Positions 38,931 through 64,000 of a stretch of DNA of 64,000 nt are shown piece after piece. The first letter of the stretch is position 1. The number at the start of each line of letters is the position of its first letter. A program made the position numbers and the translations under genes. The stretch lies in the NCBI GenBank assembly GCA_002269645.1, contig NIVC01002448.1, positions 1 through 64,000 on the forward strand, written 5' to 3'. The notes below the pieces were generated by a model, which did no database searches, was not told the DNA's origin, and worked only from the letters and a program-made list of their open reading frames with translations. Source of the DNA: Macrostomum lignano. Taxonomy: Eukaryota.

Positions 38931-40368
38931 ACGATTAACGATTAACTTCAGAGGAAAGTTAAATAAAACTGGTTAAAATGTACTGAGCTTTTGTTTAACA
39001 ATTCAAGTTTTCTAGGATGACAGGGGCACTGTTATCAGAGCACCTTTGTGGCGCCCGTAGGCTTAAGGAAGCCGAGCACAATTCTCGATTCCGTCAACTG
39101 CATCTCATACCGTAAAAACAGTTTTCTAGCTCAGATATTTATTATTCACGACTGAAATACATCGATTAGCTATGTTATCTGAATCTAACATTTACATCTA
39201 AATACCTGGTTGGAGCTCATTTTTAAAGCACCTGGACCAACGATGCTAAACACGGGGATCTTGACGAGGCCTGTATGATCAAAATCAATGAAGGCTAAAA
39301 CTTGCAATTGGTGAGAAATCCACTGAATTCTGGTTATGAACTATCATCTGCCGAACAACAGTGACACTATTAGTTTCAGTCTTCTAGATTTCAACCTTCA
39401 AGAGTTGCCATTTTTAATTATGATATCATAGAGCAAACATAGGCGCAGGTGCCTGGCAAAGGGTTGAGCTATGTCTATCGTAGTCGGAGCCACTGGTCCT
39501 TTTCGCACTGCCCTTTCACGCCCCGAGCGACTTTAAAGAACGTTGGATGCACGTTTTTGTCGTTTCAATGCTTGAAGCCATGCAATGTTTCAAATGCTGT
39601 AAAAACTACTTTAAGCTATAGTGCAGTTGATGTGCTTTTGGGAAGTTCAGTTTCCTAAACAACTTTGTACGGCAGTCAGACATGGCTTACCAAAAAGATG
39701 TACGCGCCATCTATTCATATCGCCGAGGCTGTGTCTCTCTCCCGAGACAGTTGACAGCTCACTGCCCGTCCAGTAGACTCAGCTGCTCTTAAAAGAGTTG
39801 TCACATGACGCTCATAAATTGTTTACACAGTTATTTTAATGCAAAATGCTTGACTTAGACTGATGAGTGCACAGACAAACTTGCTATTGTTAATTTTGCA
39901 CCCTTGGGCACCCAGGTCTCATTTCAGTAGGCAGCTATGCTCTCATGACTAGTTTTAGACTTATGAGTTAAGTTAAAGTGCCGATAAACTAAACAGCTAC
40001 TCTTTAGAGATCGGGCAGTTTGAGAAAGTTATTTTTCTCAGAGCACTACAAATATATGCTGAGAATGCCTGCCAGCTAAAACGGCCAGGCAAAAACAATT
40101 TTATCAACGCCAGCAAAACAGGTTTATGATACTTATAATTGTAAGCTCGTACTTTTTAATATATATTTGAATAATTCTAAAAGCTTCCAGGTGAGTTTTT
40201 TACGCAAAATTTGTTCTAATACAAGTAAGAGCTTGCCTCAGGAAATAAACTACTTAATAACCAAGTTACTGGTACAGGGGTATATGCTAAGTATATAAAA
40301 TATAATCGTAAAACTAAATTATACAGCTGCAGTCCCACTGGGCTTGATACCCGCAATTGTTAATTTAA

Positions 40369-40529
40369 TCTAGACATATTACAGATCGCAGACCATCTAG
40401 GTAAATAAGTAAAAAGCTCTAGATAGCTTGGGGGGAATCGCTGAGATGTCACCGCAAATAAAATTCACACGAATAATTTTTGTCCCTTGCCTATTGGCCG
40501 CCCCAAGCGGGGCGGCACCAGATTGCTAG
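40369..40529 (+). mobile_element. Short non-autonomous Helitron-like element (3' end well defined)
   Basis: Perfect hairpin GCCGCCCC-AAGC-GGGGCGGC (40497-40516), then 9 nt, then CTAG|T (40526-40530). Candidate 5' A|TC at 40369 is tentative. Confidence 0.5.
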
Positions 40530-40668
40530 TTTCTACTAACTCCATTCACTCAAATACCACAACCGCAGGATTCGATTGAGTCACACCGAACCGGCGTACC
40601 GGTCTGGACGCTTTCCAAGAAACAGTCCAGCGGCCATCAGCGCACTGATTTTTGACACCAGATTAACA

Positions 40669-41948
40669 ATGGCTGAAGGAGGTTTCGATGAAATACGAGT
40701 AATTTGATTTATTTTTGTTCCTTGATTGTCTAGTCAACATGCTAGAAAATAGAACTGACATTGATACATTTAATTTTGCAGAAATTGGTCGAGTTAGTCA
40801 ACAAAGGTGACTTCCAACAGATAGTGCACTTATTGAAAGCAAGTAAGAAGAAGACTGTCCTCATGCATTTGGCCGAAACTGCTCAGCAGAGATCGGCCGG
40901 AACAGAAAAGTGCGTAATGTACTTATTTGCTCAGAACTTTGACCCTTTTGCAACGACCGGGCTGGCGACACGGCTGCTCACCTGGAAGCCAGAGCTGACA
41001 ACCTCCAGATTCTTGTACTGCTGCCGTTCGAGAGCAAGTGGCTGCAGAACGAGCAGGGCGCGACCCCCTTGATGGAAGCGGTTCGGGCTGATTCGTGGAG
41101 GTGTGCCAAGCACCTGTTGCACCAGCTGCGGCAATCTAAGTACAATGAATGCCTGAGTAAAGGAAACTCCAAGAGAGAGCAGCTTTTGGGACTGAAAGAC
41201 AAACACGGTCAAACAGCGTTTTCACTCGCCAAAGGTGCCATAGCCAATCTCATTGAACGGTTAGTTGTTTGTACTACTGATAGATAGATGTAAATGTTGA
41301 AATCATCAATAATAGTCACACTTTCAGTCACAAATTAAATTCAGAGAGATGAGACTCGTCTTTGATAAGTACGGTTTGATCAGCGGTCTGACTAGTGAGG
41401 TGAGTGCCTGACAGGTGGGGTGATAAAAGGACAGGCCTTACTGCACCGCATTCTCCACTGCAGGAGCAGGCAGATCGGCAGAGGCTGGAGCAGCTGGCTC
41501 AAGCTGGTGACTTCGAGGGCCTGCTTAGAGCTGCCAATCGTGACAACTGCGACCTGCCTGACCCTAATGGATTCACCGCAGCAATGTGGGCCGCCAACAA
41601 TATCAACTGCAGCAACACGGATTTGTGGCAGAAGCTGCTGTCACGGGCAGACCCAACATGCGCCTCTACTGCGTCGTTGAGCTGCCTGCATGTGGCAGCT
41701 CGCAGCGACAACTCGGACGCCGTTTTCGCCCTAATAGACGCAGGAGCCTCCGTAAATTTTCAGGACATCTATGGCAACACGCCTCTCATGGCGGTCGCCG
41801 TAGAACCTCCTGCACCAGCCTTAGAGGTCGGGAGCATCCTGCTGGGGAGAGGTGCCGATTGGAGCCTGAGGAACGAGTATGGCAGAACTGCATTGGATTT
41901 GGCGCAATTCAAAGCCGAGGCATTTCAGCTGGCAGAGATGCTCGCCAA
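40669..41948 (+). CDS. Ankyrin-repeat exons (about 5-6 repeats), with one lesion in the model
   Basis: Candidate exons 40669-40698, 40782-40842, 40935-41259, 41345-41399, 41464-41948. Ankyrin motifs GDTAAH, GATPLMEA, GQTAFSLA, GFTAAMWAA, SCLHVAA, GNTPLMAV, GRTALDLA. In-frame TGA at 40940, or a missing T in TTTT at ~40946-40949. Ends at a strong donor AA|GTGAGT. Confidence 0.65.
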
Positions 41949-42386
41949 GTGAGTCAGGAGATTAGACTTCCATTCGAACTGTCAAGTGGGATCGCTATAA
42001 GAAGTAAATTATAAATAAGAATGCGTTCAGCTTGCAGATCATAGAAAGAATTGTAATTTTTAGTAAGCCAGTATCATGGCGCCTGGAAACAGAGTCAATG
42101 TCTGCTAAATTTCAGATACGACGGCACGCCGTATTTTGAAGTGGACTGCAAAGCGCCTGTAAGTCGCTCTTGTTAATCTCTTGCAGATATTTGCCAAACC
42201 CCACAGCCAGGAAACTGACTCAATTAGCTATCGTCCTAAGAAACTTGAGAGTAGGAATGAAAGCGCATTTGTAGGTTTAAGACCACAATAAATTCCGTAG
42301 GGAAAGCAAAAATCATTTTGTGCTCATTCGAGTTTTAGGGGCTACAAAACGAAACTAGCCGAATAGTCTCTAACTGGAATCCGCAG

Positions 42387-44090
42387 ACCGACTCAATGGG
42401 CCCAGTCAAGCTCAGCATCCCAGAAGCCGAGACAGATGCAACTTGTTGCTTTCAATTTGTTCGAGACAGCTACAGCTACAAAGACTCAACTGGGAGTGGA
42501 GCGAAATTTTCCGGTGATATTTTCAATCTGAATGTGGTGAAGAAAAATGATGACTCCAGCGTCGGTCCAGTGTCATTCAGCGTTGCTGAAGGCGGAGCTT
42601 TCGTCATGCCTCCAAAGATTCTTCTCGTTGTCGGCTTAGAAGACTCGGGATTGACCGAGTTTATTAACGGAATCGCCAATGCATTCTACAGAGTTCCGTA
42701 TTCCCAAAACTTCCGGTTCTGGCTGGCTCAAGAAAGAGGTGAAAGAGACATAATTGTGTACACATTATTCCCTGTGAACACTGGCGGTGCCGATGGAAGC
42801 TGCAGGAGCGCTATGGACACCCCGCTGACACTTATCGTTGCGCCAGAATTTAGAAACAGACTAAACCCGAACGAGGGAGATCAAATTCATAAGAAAATCG
42901 CAGAGGTGCTCGGCGATGGAGGAACTTCTGCAGTGCCAGGCGTCACCGGACTGTTGCACGGCATTTGCTTCGTCCTGAAGGCATCGCAATACAAACGTAC
43001 CGATTCTCAGATAACCGTTTTTAAAGAAATTACGTCACTGTTCGGCGAGGAAATCGAACAGATCTCGCTGCCAGTTTTGACTTACACTGGAGGATATGCG
43101 AATTTTGCACACCCCGATCTCAAAGACGGCAACGTGGCATACAGAAAGTTTTTCAAGTTCAATAGTGGAGTTCTGTACTCTGATAATGTCGACAGTGGTA
43201 GCTCGAAGCGGGATTCAAATCTCTCGTTAAAAACAAAACTAGAAGAGAAGATGCAGCTGGATGCAAAGGCGAGAGCCTGGGATGAGGATGAGCACAGTTA
43301 CCTTGAGCTGTTTGAAGCGATGGAAAAGACACGAATCGGTGTGCGTCTCCGATCGAAGCAAAAAGCCAAAGACAGCCCAAGTAATCCAAGACAACTCGAG
43401 GTTTCCCTTGCACTCCTGATGAAGGAGCTGACAGAAACCTTGGAAAAACTTGCCATATTTGAGAAGGAGCTAGAGCTAGTCAGTAAAACAGCTGGCAACC
43501 CAGGCAAAACTAAATTCCTGGTGAAAATAATGCAAAACTCAAATTCAGAATTGCCCAGAAACCAAGTTGCTATAAATTGCAAAAAGTGCAACATGACGTG
43601 CTGCATTTTGGAGCGATCGGCACATTGGAGAGATCAGCCACAGCAGGAAATCGACTGCACAGCCTGCCCAGGAGGTTGCAGTCTCTCTGAGCATAAGCCA
43701 GGCAAGAAATATTTAGAAACCGTCGAGAAAGAAGAAGAGAGGACAGCGGAAACCATCACACGGCGGTATCCCGGTAAACGGCGTAGAAAGCAGGTCGAAA
43801 GCCGTCTCAAAGTCGATATAGACGAACACAGGGAGCACTTATCAAACAGCTTAGTAAAAATGCACAAATGCATGCAAGTTCTTGAGCAGCTGGCCCATCG
43901 CCAGTACCTGCTAAGCACTGCCGATGAGTACGTTGAAGAGTTGATAAATAAGCAAAAGCAAGAAGAGCAGCGAGACTGGCAGACTCGGGCGAGGCTTCTG
44001 CGAGACGCCAAGAAATCAGTGGAAGAAATCACCCAGATTCGAGCCAGCGGGGCAGCGGGAGGAGCAATAAAGAAAGCTGCAGAAGAATGA
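42387..44090 (+). CDS. Degenerate (pseudo-)GTPase paralog + Cys-rich + coiled coil, open 564-aa frame, probably the last exon of the ankyrin gene
   Basis: Collinear with the GTPase half of 4186-8905 (YTLFPVNTGG..SAMDTPLT vs YTLHPVDTSG..SALDCPLT; GVTGLLHGICFVLKASQ vs RMTGVLHAIGFVVKASQ). G1 is GLEDSGLT and G3 is IVAPEF. Acceptor CCGCAG ends at 42386. Confidence 0.75.
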   Translation, partial: TDSMGPVKLSIPEAETDATCCFQFVRDSYSYKDSTGSGAKFSGDIFNLNVVKKNDDSSVGPVSFSVAEGGAFVMPPKILLVVGLEDSGLTEFINGIANAFYRVPYSQNFRFWLAQERGERDIIVYTLFPVNTGGADGSCRSAMDTPLTLIVAPEFRNRLNPNEGDQIHKKIAEVLGDGGTSAVPGVTGLLHGICFVLKASQYKRTDSQITVFKEITSLFGEEIEQISLPVLTYTGGYANFAHPDLKDGNVAYRKFFKFNSGVLYSDNVDSGSSKRDSNLSLKTKLEEKMQLDAKARAWDEDEHSYLELFEAMEKTRIGVRLRSKQKAKDSPSNPRQLEVSLALLMKELTETLEKLAIFEKELELVSKTAGNPGKTKFLVKIMQNSNSELPRNQVAINCKKCNMTCCILERSAHWRDQPQQEIDCTACPGGCSLSEHKPGKKYLETVEKEEERTAETITRRYPGKRRRKQVESRLKVDIDEHREHLSNSLVKMHKCMQVLEQLAHRQYLLSTADEYVEELINKQKQEEQRDWQTRARLLRDAKKSVEEITQIRASGAAGGAIKKAAEE

Positions 44091-44749
44091 ACCAAATAAG
44101 CTGCCGCCGCTAATTAAGGAGTTTAATTTACCCATGATAAAGAGGATACTTATAATTTTTTTGCGTCTGATGCTTGGCAGATGAAATGGCCGGAATAAGG
44201 TCTTCTTTAGTATGAACAATCGCACGCTGTCACTCTGAAAAGTTTGCCGTATTGACTCTTGACCTGCCTTAATTTAGGATTTGCTATTGAGACCTGGTGT
44301 TTTCGTTGTAAAAAGACATTCAGTATCCTGAGTTCAGAATCATTTTTCAAAAGTTCAAAATGAACTTTCCAGAGTTTTGACCAGACAGCTATCCTTCCTA
44401 AAGACTAATTTTTGACAATGACTACGTCATCGTTTTTTACCACACTGACAGCTTTTGTACAGTTTGAAATTTGTTACATTAACAAACGACAATATCCCAG
44501 CTGTTGTTTGGTCTCAGTCATCATCATTTATCTTTTCTTGGATCTAATCCGCAAATTTCTAACAATAAATTCGGTTTAGTTTAATCTGTAGAAACAGTAT
44601 TCTGCACTACATTATAATAGATTTCTTTGGTTTTTTATTTAAACATTTTCTTTCGTAGTATTCCGCCATTTGATCGTCTAATGAATCAATATGAATGCTC
44701 TCCTGACACATCAAATCACTTCAAAAATATACTTGTAAAAATATAATTT

Positions 44750-46143
44750 ACCCCCAGAATCTCACGATTCTTACCCCCATAATCTCACGATTCTTACCCC
44801 CAGAATCTCACGATTCTTACCCCCAGAATCTCACGATTCTTACCCCCAGAATCTCACGTTTCTTACCCCAGAATCTCACGATTCTTACCCCAGAATCTCA
44901 CGATTCTTACCCCAGAATCTCACGATTCTTACCCCAGAATCTCACGTTTCTTACCCCCAGAATCTCACGATTCTTACCCCAGAATCTCACGATTCTTACC
45001 CCCAGAATCTCACGATTCTTACCCCCAGAATCTCACGATTCTTACCCCCAGAATCTCACGATTCTTACCCCCAGAATCTCACGATTCTTACCCCCAGAAT
45101 CTCACGATTCTTACCCCAGAATCTCACGATTCTTACCCCCAGAATCTCACGATTCTTACCCCCAGAATCTCACGATTCTTACCCCAGAATCTCACGATTC
45201 TTACCCCCAGAATCTCACGATTCTTACCCCCAGAATCTCACGATTCTTACCCCTAGAATCTCACGATTTTACCTCAAGAATCTCACGATTCTTACCCCAG
45301 AATCTCAGGATTCTTACCCCAGAATCTCAGGATTCTTAACACGAGAATCTCAGGATTCTTACCCCCAGAATCTCACGATTCTTACCCCCAGAATCTCACG
45401 ATTCTTACCCCCAGAATCTCACGATTCTTACCCCAGAATCTCACGATTCTTACCCCCAGAATCTCACGATTCTTACCCCAGAATCTCACGATTCTTACCC
45501 CCAGAATCTCACGATTCTTACCCCCAGAATCTCACGATTCTTACCCCCAGAATCTCACGATTCTTACCCCCAGAATCTCACGATTCTTACCCCCAGAATC
45601 TCACGATTCTTACCCCAGAATCTCACGATTCTTACCCCCAGAATCTCACGATTCTTACCCCAGAATCTCACGATTCTTACCCCAGAATCTCACGATTCTT
45701 ACCCCCAGAATCTCACGATTCTTACCCCAGAATCTCACGATTCTTACCCCAGAATCTCACCATTCTTACCCCCAGAATCTCACGATTCTTACCCCCAGAA
45801 TCTCACGATTCTTACCCCTCTCACGAATCTCACGATTTTACCTCAAGAATCTCACGATTCTTACCCCAGAATCTTAGGATTCTTACCCCAGAATCTCAGG
45901 ATTCTTAACACGAGAATCTCAGGATTCTTACCCCCAGAATCTCACGATTCTTACCCCTAGAATCTCACGATTCTTACCCCCAGAATCTCAGGATTCTTAC
46001 CCCCAGAATCTCAGGATTCTTACCCCCCGAATCTCAGGATTCTTACCCCAGAATCTCACGATTCTTACCCCCAGAATCTCAGGATTCTTACCCCCAGAAT
46101 CTCACGATTCTTACCCCAGAATCTCAGGATTCTTACCCCCTAA
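44750..46143 (+). repeat. Tandem array, 23-24-bp unit CCCCAGAATCTCACGATTCTTAC(C), ~58 copies
   Basis: Visible periodicity. Length variation lies in the C run. Confidence 0.97.
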
Positions 46144-46519
46144 AATCGTAGAGCGATTAGAATTCGCTGGGGTGGCAACACTGATTACTGTTTTACACTC
46201 TCTGTGCCAATCGATGGTTAATTGGCCCTCCACCAAACCCAACCAGCCAATAATTTTGGCGCACACAAAACCTCCAAAATGACGGTCTGTGACTCCGGAG
46301 CCGCAACCATCTTACGCCATAATCATTGCTCCAAGCAAATTTTCCAAAAGACGCCAAAATCCAGATGTCAGTTTATAAACACGATGAAAACGGCAAATAA
46401 ATTGGTCCATTCGTTTAATAAATACAACATAGATAAATATATATATATATTTAGTGACATAAAGGCAAACATGATGAAAGCGTATTCAAATCACTGGGAA
46501 ATTCCGCAAGTGTTTTAAT

Positions 46520-62643
<16,124 letters not shown>

Positions 62644-62793
62644 TCACATGAAGTTAAGGATAGAATATTAATTTTTTTATTGAGAGAAATCAATTTAAAA
62701 AAGATTATAAAAATAAAATACAAGATAAATTATTTCCTAGGAATATAAGCAAGTTTAAAATAAGGCTTTACATATAAAAATATTCATTAATTT

Positions 62794-63599
62794 TGTGACG
62801 TTGTCAGTTTAAGGTGGTCCCGAAAAGGGCCGTTGGACTACTGTTTCTCCATAGTTTCAACCCTTGAGTTTCACCGTTTCAACTAAACTTTTCCATTTGT
62901 TTATTGCGACGTTTACTTGTAGTAGTGCCCAACGATTTTGTGGCAATTTCTAATTCACTGTATATTTTGCTATCCTCTCTCGCGACCGTATAAAATTGGC
63001 ACGATCGATAATTTTAAGTTCTCTCGCCAGCCAATGAAAGCCGCTCGTGCTTCGCGCTACCCCCTCTGCGCTTCCTTATTAGCCTTCGCCTGGCGGGCTG
63101 GGGGGTTTCACTTCGCCTCTCTTCTCTTCCCTTCTCTCGGCTCGTTCTCGTCCTCGTCCTTGGCCTTGTGTGTGTTTTTGCGGCCTTGTTTTCCTTCTCT
63201 CTGTCTGGCTGCCTCGAGCCTCCTTACCTCACGCCACGACGGACGCCAACCTCGCCACTGCTCATCTGCCTACTGCGTCTCACTGCCTTCACTGTACTCA
63301 TTGCCATTGATCATCACGCTACATCGCCACTGCACCGTTCGTCTGTCACTTGACTATCCAATTTATCTTAAAAGAAACCATTGTTGCAGCCGCCAGTGCC
63401 CAGAAAGCCATAGTTTGTTATTTGCCAGTAACAACCAAACTTACTATTTATATTGATAATAAAAACCGACTACGGCAGTTTCCTGCCTTTATTGCCAAGT
63501 GCTCCGCTACACCATCCACTTCGCCTAAGTTGACTTCAACTTATTTTGGGACTAAAACGGCCCTTTTAAGGGTCACGGCCAACATCAAATAACGTGACA
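62794..63599 (+). mobile_element. Solo LTR immediately upstream of the helicase-PARP gene
   Basis: Termini TGTGACGTTG...ATAACGTGACA. 5-bp target duplication AATTT (62789-62793, 63600-63604). TATAAAA at ~62989 and AATAAA at ~63458. Homologous to 11935-12754. Confidence 0.8.
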
Positions 63600-63827
63600 A
63601 ATTTCTCATTTATATTATGCAATATTCTAGTTTATACAATAGTATTATTTTTTATAACTGATTACATTAAAATTTTGTTTAAATATACAAATACTAAACC
63701 TTAATACCTATTTGAAATGACAAAAATTAATAAATAATGAAGTAATGAAAAAATTACTTTAAACTTGTTTCATAATAAACATAGTTTCAAATATATTATT
63801 ACAAAGGTAATATCATACATGCGCAAC

Positions 63828-63969
63828 CTTGGGAATCACCCAGCCGTTTCTATTGGCAACACACACATATAAGTCGCTATTGGCTGAGAGCAGTCATGTG
63901 ACTACTATTCTGTCCCATAGCGACTTACATGTGTGTGTTGCCAATAGAAACGGCCAAGTAAATCCCAAG
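63828..63969. mobile_element. Foldback/MITE-like element
   Basis: 63843-63880 matches the reverse complement of 63917-63954 at 37/38. Outer CTTGGGA / TCCCAAG. Confidence 0.7.
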
Positions 63970-64000
63970 TTTGCACCCAAGCATGGATAAAATTAAAATA

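Overview
Eukaryotic (animal) genomic DNA with GT-AG introns, GC-rich exons and introns packed with minisatellites. This style suggests a free-living flatworm such as Macrostomum, which is an inference only. Genes supported by hand-built, phase-checked splice models: (1) a secreted WSC + PAN/apple-like protein (442-1533), with an orphan 98%-identical copy of its last exon at 13694-13926; (2) a stonustoxin-like pore-forming domain + FN3 + septin/AIG1-like GTPase + Cys-rich protein (4186-8905); (3) a PKA type II regulatory subunit (18192-21232); (4) a GTPase-only paralog lacking the GKS of its P-loop and carrying a frameshift (32815-34763); (5) an ankyrin-repeat gene that can be spliced in frame to a third, P-loop-degenerate GTPase paralog (40669-44090); (6) a 13-exon minus-strand gene (62643-46520, about 1824 aa) encoding cold-shock domain + ZNFX1/UPF1-type SF1 helicase + NF-X1 zinc fingers + an H-Y-E PARP domain + a second, degenerate PARP fold. 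The strongest candidates for an undescribed system are the RNA-helicase-PARP fusion and the toxin-GTPase family with one intact and two P-loop-dead members, together forming a possible innate-immunity cluster. Also present: two solo LTRs of one family, a 2.2-kb TG..CA insertion, a Crypton-like fragment, SINE, LINE, Helitron-end and MITE pieces, a 1.5-kb block with no CpG, and about 18 tandem arrays. No rRNA, bona fide tRNA or CRISPR array was found. All domain calls come from motif recognition by eye; no database searches were run.
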